From positions 224,001-288,000 of the forward strand of contig CAYLXA010000001.1 of NCBI GenBank assembly GCA_964387845.1: 64,000 bases of DNA. Direction: 5' to 3'. Below the pieces are notes generated by a model. The model searched no databases. It saw only the letters and a program-made list of their open reading frames with translations, and was not told the DNA's origin. Each line of letters begins with the position of its first letter. Position 1 is the stretch's first letter. Source of the DNA: an uncultured bacterium. Lineage in GTDB: Bacteria; Omnitrophota; Omnitrophia; Omnitrophales; Abzuiibacteriaceae. Made by a program: the position numbers and the translations under genes. Positions 27,005-36,900 of this stretch are shown piece by piece.

Positions 27005-30000
27005 TTATATAGTAGCCTCTGCGTCTTGGGTAAGCTCTTGTTTCATTTGTTCATCGCCGTAATTTCCAACATCTAAATAAAATTGATGCGCAGGGTGTTC
27101 TACACTAAAAAGCTTTGCGGTTTCCTTACCGCGAGTTGCTAGATTTTGGCTCTTTGCTGAGACTTCTCCAAATGACCTTGATGATCCCCCGCTAATTGCT
27201 ATTCCAAATAGATTGGATTTTACACGTTTAAGGCATTCAGCAGATTTATTTGAAGCCAATAGAATCAACTCTCCAACAAAAGCGTGCTCGTTAAATATAA
27301 AATTATCCTCCGCGTCTCTGACTAAAAGAGATATGCCCACAAGTTTATTTACAGTAGGATTTTTAAACCACTCTTTTAATATAGCTAAAGATTTAGCCGA
27401 ATACCCATCTGAAACTGCCCGAAAAAGCTTTTCAAGCCAAAAACGATCCGCTGTTTTTGCTAAAGACAGATTTCGAACTACTCTTACGTGCTTCTCATAT
27501 CCCATCATCGTGGAAATACCTTTATAAGCAGTGTCAAATCCTAAATACGGAAGGGGCGTATAATTTTCTCTTCTTGTAAGTTTTTTGACGGGCTTAGTTG
27601 ATTGACTATATAAATAGCGTGCAACTAAAAACTCAACGGCTGCCTGCGGATATTTTCTACAAACAAAAGAAAGGAATTCCTCAACATGGAAATCCTGCCG
27701 TTCAAAGATGTTAAATTTAACCAATTTGCTTAATAAGGATTTTAATTCGGTTTCATTCAGCTTAGAAAATGGAATGCCATAGTTCTCATTATAAATTTCA
27801 AAAAATTGGTCGAGCACTATTCCTCTTTCTTTCAAATCAATGCCCACAGCAAGTTTCTTAGCAGCTTCCGCATCAACCTGCCCTAGTTTTTGAAGTGCCT
27901 GAAGCGCCGTGCCAAAAATATTGTCGTTGCTATGTTTGAGTAAATACCCTACATTCTGGATATCCTCTTTAAAGGGTTTTTCTAAAAGGCCGCCCCAAGC
28001 GTAGGCATGAGCAATGTTGTGGTAGACGATTTGCCTTTTTGTTTTTAGTCCTTGTTTAATTAACGCCCTACTGATTTCTCGATAACTTTCCAATCCATTC
28101 AAGGGCCATAAAATTGATGAGCAAAATTTTTCCACTTCACCATTCTTTCTAGCGAGGCAAAGCTTAAATAATTTTACGGCGAAATCGGGATTGAGTTTTG
28201 TAATTTGAGAAAGAAGGTAATTGGGGTTAGCTGATCTTTTGTAGTGATTTAAATCGCGTAATCTTTTTTCTAAAACCATTAACAACTGACGAGGATTCTT
28301 AGCCTGTTTCAATAAGATTTCAGCTACCCCGCTCACCTCTTTTGCCGTTATTTCAGTTTGTTTACTAAAATCATGCTTTTTATTAACAAATTCTTCGAAA
28401 TCGTGAGCTATCGCACGGACAAGACGATATTCGAAATTCTCCGGTATAAGCTCATAAATACTTTTGATTTTTTTCTTTAATTCGTCGTGCCTTCCAAACA
28501 AACTAAACCAACGAAGTTGCGATCTTACGGCAAGTCGGAAACAGGACGACTTAATGATCTTTAATTTTCTTTTAACCAATTCGAGAATTGATAACTGTTC
28601 TGGCAAATAAACATCTTGCTCTGACTTTCCAGCGCGACGACCGTATAGTCCATGAGAATAGCTCAATGCTTTTAAGAGAGTATAAAGAGCTTCCATTAAC
28701 ATCTTTGGCGGGGCATCCGGTTGGATGAAGGAGCCAAGTAATTCTATAGTGCTATTACGCAAGTTTTTCACGGCTTCGTAATTTAAAGGCAAAGACCTGA
28801 AGGACATGCTTCCTTCATCGTACGAAGACTCTTCAATCTCTTTCGCGAGGAATTCTTCCAAAATATTCAAAGGTGTATAACGGTAAATAAAGTTATTTTT
28901 CTTGGCCACGGTTTCTTTAAGGAAGGCAAAAACTTTCTTATTGTAAACAAGGGGCTTTCCGACTTGATATTCAGCCAACTCTTTTAAGATTCTAACGGAA
29001 TGCTGCGGATGAGGATTTAATTCTCTTTCGTCAGTTTTTGCAATTTCCCAGAGAATTTTACAGGCAGGAGTGACATATTCTAAATTAAAGGCTATCTTTT
29101 TTAATATAGATGGAATTTTTTCCAATACATGACGATGCTTCCAGAAATCTCCATATAATTGCTTCTTAGGATTAGGGCGTGCGGGCGCTTTAATGGCGTG
29201 GTTTACTAGCTCTAATGCTTTATCAGGTTGATAATACGCCGACTCTTCGATTTCTTCCAAGATTTTAGTTCGCTCATAATGATCAGCTTTTCTAAAATCT
29301 TCGTGGATTTTTTTCCAAACGGAACTTAAAAGATCTACATTCAAGGCATTTTTTCTTGCTCGCCACTCTACTTCAGAAATATTTTTAAGAATGTTTTTTG
29401 CTAGAGTTGATTTAAATTTCTCATACACATGATCAGCAAATTTAGTGCTTGAGCCATCTTTGGCAATACAGGCTGAGTGAAGAATATGATCACTCAATAA
29501 ATCAGGAGCAAGCCTTGCCAACGCTCCGCGTCTTATCAAAACCCCTTTTTCTTCCATCGCATCAAATGCTTTGACAATATCAAAAACAGGACACGCAAGA
29601 AGTTCGGACAATTGTTTCCGTAACTCCTCGTTATTCAATCTCACTGGGGCAAGCACAGAAAGATATTGAAGAAGCTTATCTGCTAATCCCGGATTGGAGT
29701 AATTTTCTCCTTTAAGTTCATCTATAAATTTATCTAAAACGGTTCTTTGAAATTCATCGCTTTTGCTTATTTTGTATGGATGCAGCTTTTTATCGCGAAT
29801 TAATTTGCTGGCAATTACCGCTGCCAGGGGGCAGTCTCTGGTCATAGCCACGATATATTTAATCAGGCCAGAATCATGTCCGACAATGCTTTCAACGATT
29901 TCTTCTAAATCAACCTTTTTCAAATCACTTAACTCCGGAGGCCGTTCGATTTCGTTTAACAAAAGATTTGTATGCGCCAATACACTATCGACAAATTCTT

Positions 30001-30919
30001 TTCCGCGAGGGCGAATAGACAAAATGATTTTGATTTCGTCTTTCCGTGGAGAGTTGAAAATTGATAAAAGGTTGGGAAGACTCGTATATCTATGAGCATC
30101 ATCAATAACCAAAATGCTGCGGCCAGCCGGAAGAAGAGAAATTGTTTCAGTAGTTAGAACAAAGTTTTCACGAACAAATAAGACCCTAGCCCACTCACTC
30201 ACACCCACTTCTTGTTTTTTAGAAAATTCTAATAATAATTTACTTTTACCAATGCCGCCTCTTCCCGTAAGAACGATTACCTTCTTATCCGAGTTTGCAA
30301 AAGCTTCTAGACTAGACAATTCTGAGCTACGACCGACAAGATTAATCTCATGAGAAAATAAAACATCGCGCCGTAAGAGCGTACGAAAAAAATCTTGATA
30401 CGAAACAAGCGGCCCCTTTTTTCTATCTTCAAACTCCTTATAGGCGCTTATTGCGTTTAAAAATTCCTCACGAAGCTGATCAGACTCTGAAAATCTCTTA
30501 AATGTTCGCTCTTGTGCAACCTTATCAAAAAAAGCTTGGTGTTTCTTTTTTACTTCCAGGTCTTCGTCTTTAGGCTGCCATTCTTTTCCATTCGGAGTTT
30601 TTAAAAAAACAAAAACTTTTAAGCCTAAGCGGGTAGCTCGCTCATATTCTATTTGAGTATAAGAAATGCCAGCTTTGGGATTTACGGTTCCATACAGAGG
30701 CCCGATTAACAAGACAACGCAATCAGATCCCTCTAGATGCCGAAGACACGTTTCTTCAGGCGTATCAGGACTTGAAGGAAACCATTCCATTGCAGAAAAT
30801 TCTGTACCTTGTGCCGGAGTTAAACCTAAGAGGTTATTCCGTTCATCATTTAGACCAGCTTGTGGTGAACTTAAGAAGATTTTGAACTTTTTGAGGTCAG
30901 CCATTGAAAACTCTTCCAA
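27005..30919 (-). CDS. STAND-class P-loop NTPase. It has a DUF4062-like N-terminal domain and a ~900-aa C-terminal helical-repeat region, an architecture like the Avs/bNACHT antiphage sensors.
   Basis: N-terminal KIFLSSPQAGLNDERNNL matches the DUF4062-type start. Walker A is VLTGRGGIGKSKLL and Walker B is ILVIDDAH. The C-terminal ~900 aa have long alpha-helical repeats. The protein is 1304 aa. Confidence 0.6.
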   Translation of the reverse strand: MEEFSMADLKKFKIFLSSPQAGLNDERNNLLGLTPAQGTEFSAMEWFPSSPDTPEETCLRHLEGSDCVVLLIGPLYGTVNPKAGISYTQIEYERATRLGLKVFVFLKTPNGKEWQPKDEDLEVKKKHQAFFDKVAQERTFKRFSESDQLREEFLNAISAYKEFEDRKKGPLVSYQDFFRTLLRRDVLFSHEINLVGRSSELSSLEAFANSDKKVIVLTGRGGIGKSKLLLEFSKKQEVGVSEWARVLFVRENFVLTTETISLLPAGRSILVIDDAHRYTSLPNLLSIFNSPRKDEIKIILSIRPRGKEFVDSVLAHTNLLLNEIERPPELSDLKKVDLEEIVESIVGHDSGLIKYIVAMTRDCPLAAVIASKLIRDKKLHPYKISKSDEFQRTVLDKFIDELKGENYSNPGLADKLLQYLSVLAPVRLNNEELRKQLSELLACPVFDIVKAFDAMEEKGVLIRRGALARLAPDLLSDHILHSACIAKDGSSTKFADHVYEKFKSTLAKNILKNISEVEWRARKNALNVDLLSSVWKKIHEDFRKADHYERTKILEEIEESAYYQPDKALELVNHAIKAPARPNPKKQLYGDFWKHRHVLEKIPSILKKIAFNLEYVTPACKILWEIAKTDERELNPHPQHSVRILKELAEYQVGKPLVYNKKVFAFLKETVAKKNNFIYRYTPLNILEEFLAKEIEESSYDEGSMSFRSLPLNYEAVKNLRNSTIELLGSFIQPDAPPKMLMEALYTLLKALSYSHGLYGRRAGKSEQDVYLPEQLSILELVKRKLKIIKSSCFRLAVRSQLRWFSLFGRHDELKKKIKSIYELIPENFEYRLVRAIAHDFEEFVNKKHDFSKQTEITAKEVSGVAEILLKQAKNPRQLLMVLEKRLRDLNHYKRSANPNYLLSQITKLNPDFAVKLFKLCLARKNGEVEKFCSSILWPLNGLESYREISRALIKQGLKTKRQIVYHNIAHAYAWGGLLEKPFKEDIQNVGYLLKHSNDNIFGTALQALQKLGQVDAEAAKKLAVGIDLKERGIVLDQFFEIYNENYGIPFSKLNETELKSLLSKLVKFNIFERQDFHVEEFLSFVCRKYPQAAVEFLVARYLYSQSTKPVKKLTRRENYTPLPYLGFDTAYKGISTMMGYEKHVRVVRNLSLAKTADRFWLEKLFRAVSDGYSAKSLAILKEWFKNPTVNKLVGISLLVRDAEDNFIFNEHAFVGELILLASNKSAECLKRVKSNLFGIAISGGSSRSFGEVSAKSQNLATRGKETAKLFSVEHPAHQFYLDVGNYGDEQMKQELTQDAEATI

Positions 30920-31071
30920 TATTACTCTGGTGATTTGCGCTCTTTCTTATACATGATTCCATGACAAGAAATTATATCCTAATTTAGAGTTCCCCCATAA
31001 AACTAATTGGGGGGCAATTAGACTTAAACGAGGATCCTCACACTGCCCCAATCTCACTAGCGCGCAAAAAC

Positions 31072-31428
31072 TCACGCTGAGGAATTATCAAGTGAAATCG
31101 ATAAGAGCCAATGGCCATTGTGCTGATTTTTGATTTTTTTAAGATTTTCATACCGTTTAAACAAATCATCCGGCAAACGTTCAAGGGCGTTTTCGATATG
31201 CTTATTGACAGTCTTTGGCTTAATTTTCATGGCTTGAGCGATTTCCTTCCGCTTCATGAAAAGCGAGAGAATAAAAGACGCCTTCTGGCTTGCCGTCAGC
31301 GAACGGAATAAGACCGGAGAACGGGGATTAATCTTTTCAGAGAACACGCGAGAGTTTGATTGGTCTCGCTCCTGCTCTCTGACAAGTTGTTCTAATTCCG
31401 GTGAAAACTTTTTAAATTGTTTTGGCAT
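31072..31428 (-). CDS. Small sigma-70 region-4-type HTH regulator
   Basis: LTASQKASFILSLFMKRKEIAQAMKIKPKTVNKHIENALERL is an ECF sigma r4-like HTH. Confidence 0.5.
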   Translation of the reverse strand: MPKQFKKFSPELEQLVREQERDQSNSRVFSEKINPRSPVLFRSLTASQKASFILSLFMKRKEIAQAMKIKPKTVNKHIENALERLPDDLFKRYENLKKIKNQHNGHWLLSISLDNSSA

Positions 31429-31576
31429 AAGTTCTGAGAAATAAAACCGATTTCCTCAGAAGTCTCTTATGCCTGGCCGGCTTGCTGGAACGCGCTTCCT
31501 TTTGATCAAAATCAAAAGGCCAGCAGCGCTCCTGCCTCCAGCGTTAAGCCGACTTTCTGAAAACTTAGTTGGACTT

Positions 31577-31768
31577 TTACACGATAAGCCTGATTGGACT
31601 GTCCACGATTATTTCAGCGCGGACACCGAAACGGCCGGGTCGATCTATTCGTTGCTTGGGGACAATGGCGAGCTTGCCATTAATAATCTTAAGCCTGACT
31701 TCGCCAAATTCTACTTCCCCAAGAAAGTCTTCCATCTTTATTTCGGGGTGATCCATTTCTCTTGGCAC
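31577..31768 (-). CDS. Small hypothetical protein (63 aa)
   Basis: Strong RBS AAAAGGAGG upstream. I prefer it to the overlapping plus-strand ORF 31469..31783, which has no RBS. Confidence 0.4.
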   Translation of the reverse strand: MPREMDHPEIKMEDFLGEVEFGEVRLKIINGKLAIVPKQRIDRPGRFGVRAEIIVDSPIRLIV

Positions 31769-31884
31769 CTCCTTTTCTGTTGAAAGCTGTTATAAAAATC
31801 CAGTTTGAGCATTTTGAATATGACTCAACTTTAATCGGCGATGATGCACTGGTCAAGAAAATCGGTGCACATTTTGAGAGTTAT

Positions 31885-31921
31885 CTACTCACAGTAGATG
31901 AATATCCATCCACACTAGATA
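31885..31921. promoter_or_regulatory. Operator-like motif, copy A: two CACWSTAGAT direct repeats at 21-bp phasing
   Basis: tctactCACAGTAGATgaatatccatcCACACTAGATa. The 38-bp block is about 87% identical to 42093..42130. Confidence 0.45.
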
Positions 31922-31983
31922 TTTTTTAGACAAAGATTTGCAAAAGCTTTTTATAAAGTCGGGTGATTTATCTGTAACGATGA

Positions 31984-32409
31984 CTAACCTAACCTACGCA
32001 CTAGTCCTTTAGAAGTCAGAAATTGAAACACCTTATCATGGTCAAATGGCTTATCAAAAAAGGCGTCTGCCCCTTTGGTAAGCATGGCATATTTGAGAGA
32101 TGAGTCTGCCGATATGACGCAGACGACTATGCTTGGGTTTTGTGATTTGAACCAGCCTAAGAGCTGTATTCCCTGGAATTTATCATGTTCATGCAAATGC
32201 CCGTCCAATAGAATGACATGCGGGTTAAATGAATGAAATAGGGTCATCGCGTCTTTTGAGAACTCCGCTTCCTCGATTTGAAACACTCGTTCAAAAATTT
32301 CACGATAAGCCGAACGGATATCGCCCAAGTCTTCCACAATCAAGAGGCGTTTTTTCTTGATGCTTTTTTTGTGAAGATCCTCCGACCCTTCATCAAGATG
32401 ATAGTTCAT
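31984..32409 (-). CDS. Stand-alone receiver (REC) domain protein with a degenerate phospho-acceptor pocket
   Basis: Product from the internal start MNYHLDEG (RBS AAAGGAAA): KKRLLIVEDLGD...VILLDGHL...KP. The ORF-track N-terminal extension overlaps the upstream gene and a terminator hairpin at 32443..32470. Confidence 0.5.
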   Translation of the reverse strand: MNYHLDEGSEDLHKKSIKKKRLLIVEDLGDIRSAYREIFERVFQIEEAEFSKDAMTLFHSFNPHVILLDGHLHEHDKFQGIQLLGWFKSQNPSIVVCVISADSSLKYAMLTKGADAFFDKPFDHDKVFQFLTSKGLVRRLG

Positions 32410-32539
32410 GCTTCTAAATTTCCTTTCGTAACTAGAAATAGAAAACCCGGCATTTTTCAGCCGGGTTATGGAAATCCCGACAAACTTAGCCGGGTATGTA
32501 ATTTTTACTTTGTTACATTCTTGGTTGCATTGTTTATGT

Positions 32540-33172
32540 TTAAACTGGGAATTGACCTGTGTAATAATCAGCGCCTTTTTGCATAGCTTCAAAACGGTCC
32601 TTCGCAAAAGGTGTAGCGCGAAACCAATCATATTCTGTTGTTCGTGCCTTCAAATTTCTCATAAACTTGTACTCAAGTGGAAGTTTATCAATCAATTTGG
32701 GATTTAAAGCGAACGCCTTGATGATTTTGGCATCAAGAGCAGAGATATTGCCTTTAACATCCGTGGTAAATTTTAAATTTTCTTTGACTTTATCTTTAGC
32801 TGTTTTAGTCAGTTTCCAACGTTTAAGCAATCTCCCCTTCTCAATAAATCCTTTTCTTGAAAGAGAATCTATTATAGCGAGTTTAAAATTATTTACGGTT
32901 TTCAAATCAAAATAAAAATTGAGCGGCTGAGGGCAATGTAAAATTTTGATCAAATATTTCTCATGCCTCCGTAAGCGATGCTTTCTGCGTTGAAATTTTA
33001 GCACTGACTTGTCTTTACCATAGAACGCAATGATACCTTGCAATAGGAGCTCGAGAATGGAAACTCGCAATACATGTTCGAGTGCATGCCCGGTCAAAAG
33101 GCTTAACTCTGCGGCTGAAAGCTCATTGGCAGTATGCACGGCCTCAATTTTGTCGCTTGGTTGCGTAGTCAT
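32540..33172 (-). CDS. Hypothetical protein (210 aa), a candidate immunity or accessory gene downstream of the Rhs toxin
   Basis: No recognisable motif. Position only. Confidence 0.35.
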   Translation of the reverse strand: MTTQPSDKIEAVHTANELSAAELSLLTGHALEHVLRVSILELLLQGIIAFYGKDKSVLKFQRRKHRLRRHEKYLIKILHCPQPLNFYFDLKTVNNFKLAIIDSLSRKGFIEKGRLLKRWKLTKTAKDKVKENLKFTTDVKGNISALDAKIIKAFALNPKLIDKLPLEYKFMRNLKARTTEYDWFRATPFAKDRFEAMQKGADYYTGQFPV

Positions 33173-33188
33173 ATGGATTTTATAATTT

Positions 33189-33968
33189 TCAACTCAGTTT
33201 CTCTCTTGCTTTTTTCAGCCAATTCTCCCAATTTTCAAGCGACTCACTATTGTCTCTGCTATTGTCCTTTCTTGTATAATCGGCTGCCTTGTCATAACAA
33301 TCACGAGCTTGTTCGTAGTCTTCTTTTTCAAAATACTGATGGCCCCTTATGCCATAGGCGCCCGCCAATATATATGGTGCAACATCCTGTGCCATAATCA
33401 ATTTGTCAAAAAAGAAACTAGCAGATACTTCATCATCGATTTGCCAATAACAAGTAGCCAAGTCTAAATAAGCAGAGTACACTCTTTCTCTCTCAATATC
33501 GTCTTTGGGCGGATAAAATTCCTGAATAATCCTTCTCCCAAAAGTTATGGACTTTTCAAATTGATCCAAATTCTTATGACAGATGCTAAGAAGGCTCAGA
33601 ATATTTAAAAGAAATTTACTTCTGTTTTCCCCAGCCGATAACGCTTTCTCCAAATATCCTATCGCTTCAACATCGTTGCCCAAGGCAGAGTAAGATTGGC
33701 CAAGTGATTTATACAGAAAAGGTAGGTCCTTATGTTTTGGATTCATTGATAATGCTTCCTGGAAACACTCAATAGCTTTATTTTCCATATTATTTTCTGA
33801 ATATGCTTCGCCCAAAGTTTCCAAAAATTCATAACGAAGTTGTGAGTTCGAATCTTTGGGCACGTCGTTTATTATTGCTAACAGTTTTTTTAAAGCTTCC
33901 GATGCTTTGGCTTCATACATTAACTCGTCAGCCAATTTGATTTCTTTTTTGATTAAATTCGATCTCAT
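33189..33968 (-). CDS. TPR-repeat protein, a candidate immunity or accessory protein immediately after the Rhs toxin gene
   Basis: Multiple 34-aa repeats with the A/L/Y pattern (ALGNDVEAIGYLEKAL..., AYGIRGHQYFEKEDYEQARDCYDKA). Confidence 0.55.
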   Translation of the reverse strand: MRSNLIKKEIKLADELMYEAKASEALKKLLAIINDVPKDSNSQLRYEFLETLGEAYSENNMENKAIECFQEALSMNPKHKDLPFLYKSLGQSYSALGNDVEAIGYLEKALSAGENRSKFLLNILSLLSICHKNLDQFEKSITFGRRIIQEFYPPKDDIERERVYSAYLDLATCYWQIDDEVSASFFFDKLIMAQDVAPYILAGAYGIRGHQYFEKEDYEQARDCYDKAADYTRKDNSRDNSESLENWENWLKKAREKLS

Positions 33969-33979
33969 TATTTTAAACC

Positions 33980-36900
33980 CTAGTAATTATTTGTCGGATC
34001 GTGGTCAATATAATCTCTCGAAAATTCGCTGCCTTGATTTACTAACTTTGCAATGCCTTCTAGAAATCGGCCTATCTTAGTTTTGAATTGCTCCATCCTA
34101 ATTTGACGAGTAGGCTCGTTTGCTGGCCTTGGCCTAAATCTATCCATAGATTTTATGGCTTTTTGTTTAACTTTTTGATTTGCCCCTGGTTTTTCCCGCG
34201 AACTACGTTTTTGAAATTGTTTTTTAGGACTTGATCGACTTGTTTTTGCTTCTCTAAGCAAAATATCGGGAGCGGAAGCTACCTTTGCCGCAGAAATGGT
34301 TAGCGCGATCATGCCATCTGTTACGACGGGATAGTTACCCGCCGTCGGCGGCCCTCCGGGTAGCCCGGATCCCTCTCCTGGCAACTTAATGTTATCTACA
34401 AGCTTATCTGCTATCGCTTGTTTGTCAATGAATCGATCAATTGACTCTGAAAAATGTATTTCATTAGTCAAGCTTGCGCTTGTCATAGTTGCAGCGCTTA
34501 TTTGCGTAGCTGCGAGTGCCGCAGATGCAGATGCAATGCCGACAGCTTCTGAAATAGTAAAGGCGGAGCCTGATGCGGTGGTTAAAAGTGCGCTGCTTGC
34601 TTCTACATATACGTCGCCGCCTGCTAGCACAGCTTCACTGATAGTTATGTTGCCTGCGCCCGTACTCAACGCACCAGCTGCCGCTTGTAACGTTTGTAAA
34701 ATAACTGTGCCTGCCATTTGTATAATGGTAATAGCGGTTGTAGCTATAGTAATGGCTAACTTTACGACTGCGGCAATAATTGCAACTATAATCCACCAAA
34801 AATTACCGCTAGGATCGACAAATCTTATCGGATTATTCCTTGCGTAAGCATAACGATTGAAACTTTGCGGATCCTCGGGGCTTTGAATGAATGAATCGGG
34901 AGTAATAAAGCGACCTATTTGAGGATCGTAGTACCGGGCGCCAGCATAAATGAGATCAGACTCAAGATCTTCTTCATGGCCAGTATAAGTTCTATTAACA
35001 ATATCCGTTCCTTCCCGACGTTTTACTTCGCCATACGGTAAATACTCCATCAAAAGCGTTTGCATACCAGCTTCATTAGAAACAACATTGGTCGAACTTA
35101 AATGATCTTGATGGTAGAATCTTAAGTGCGGGATGCCTTGACTGGAAATTTCTAGATCGCTCACTCGTACTTCGCCCAGATAAAATCCCTTACGAGTCAA
35201 CAAATTATTAGGCCCATATTGAACTTCATAGTCCTTTCCTAAATAATAAGTGATTTGATTGTCGGCACTTTTCTTAACTCTTTGGCCCGTAGTATCGTAA
35301 ACATAAGAACCAATAAGTATAGGTTGATTGTCAGCAGGATTGCTTTGTATCGTGGCACTGATACTCTGAGAATTTGTAACATAAATCTTGTATGTTTTGC
35401 CAGTTTCCAATGTTGTGATGTCTGTAAATTCAGGGTCAATCACGAAGTGATCCCATGCTTGTGCGGTTGAATCCCAATACGAAATCTGGTCATAATCCGG
35501 ACCGATATTTAATCCAGAAAATATTTCCTGAATATCACTCATATATTGGCCGGACGTTGTGTTAAAAGGCTGGAAAGGGAGTGTGAAGGTATTCCATCCT
35601 GGATTAAATTGAAATGTATGATCTTGAGGTTCGCTAGATGCCCCCCTTGTCAGTTGCACAAGCTGGTTCTCAAAATCATACGTCAACAATTCATTATTCC
35701 GCTGGATCATATTGCCATTGGCATCATAGGAAAACGTGATTGTTTCCGATGAGTCTACGTATTGCGTAACTGCTTGGGGATGCAACGGGTCATTGTATTG
35801 AAGAGTGGCATTATTTTTTTGAGTCATGTTTCCAATTGCGTTGTATTGGAAATCATGAATTCCGTAACCTTGCGGATTAGAGGCTTGGATTAATCGATCA
35901 AGGTCGTCATATTGGAAGCTCTGTGAATTGGTGTTGATCGAATCCTGAATGGAAAGCACATTACCTTCGTTATCAAAGGAATATCCAAAATCCTGTAGTA
36001 ATTGATTTTGACCGCCTCGGGTTAATAGATGCGTTAATCGAAGTGATTGCGGATTATAGGTGTAATCTGTTGTGACACCATTCCCATATTGAATCTTTAT
36101 GACCTGCCCGGAGGGGTTATAGTCGACATTCGAAATGATTGACATTTGAGTTTGATCGGTGCGTATAAGCGCCATTATTTCCGTCTCGCCCATGCCGTTA
36201 TAAGTTATATTGAGAACATCGCCATCTGGATATTCAAGGGATGAGACTCTGTCTAGCGCATCATAAACTCGTGTAAAGACGTAATCATTTCCGTCATCAA
36301 GGGATTTTTTATCCTGAATGACACGACCTAGTGGGTCATAACGGAAAACCTGAATGCCGGAGTTGTCAGCAACTTTGACCAATTTTCCGATGGAATAATT
36401 AGTGCCAGGCAATCCGCCGCACGTATCAGATGGACATGAATCATACACGTAATCAACGTGGTTTCCGTCAGGGAATGTTTTCTTTGTGATCCGATTCAAC
36501 GGATCATATGTAAATTCTATTCGCGATCCACGCGCATCAATCTGAGCTGTTAAGTTATCGTTCGAGTCATACTCATATTGCCAGAATCCAGTATTAGGAT
36601 CATTGACGCTCCTTTTACGGCCTAATGTATCGTAAATGATGATCGTTTCATGTCCATAATGGTCGATAGTTTTCGTCAAACGACTTTGCGCATCGTATTC
36701 ATACTGCGTTGTATATATTTCTGCGCCATTAAACTCCTGCACTTCAACAATATTGCCAAACGCATCCTGCGAGATTCTTTTTTGATGATTATTTCGATCG
36801 ATTTCGGTCCTCACAAAGTCATCATAAATTATTCTGGAAAATGTTAAATCTGGATAGGTGGTTTTGATGATGCGACCCATCGGGTCGTAATCGTACGTGA

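Noticed and set aside
31469-31783. 104-aa plus-strand ORF overlapping the minus-strand 31577..31768 ORF
   Set aside because: No ribosome-binding site, and it runs opposite to every neighbouring gene. The minus-strand ORF has a canonical AAGGAGG RBS.
34389-34847. 152-aa hydrophobic plus-strand ORF inside the Rhs gene (other antisense ORFs lie within 33980..40192)
   Set aside because: It is a shadow ORF on the antisense strand of the Ala/Thr-rich C-terminal region of a 2070-aa gene. It has no RBS and only compositional bias.
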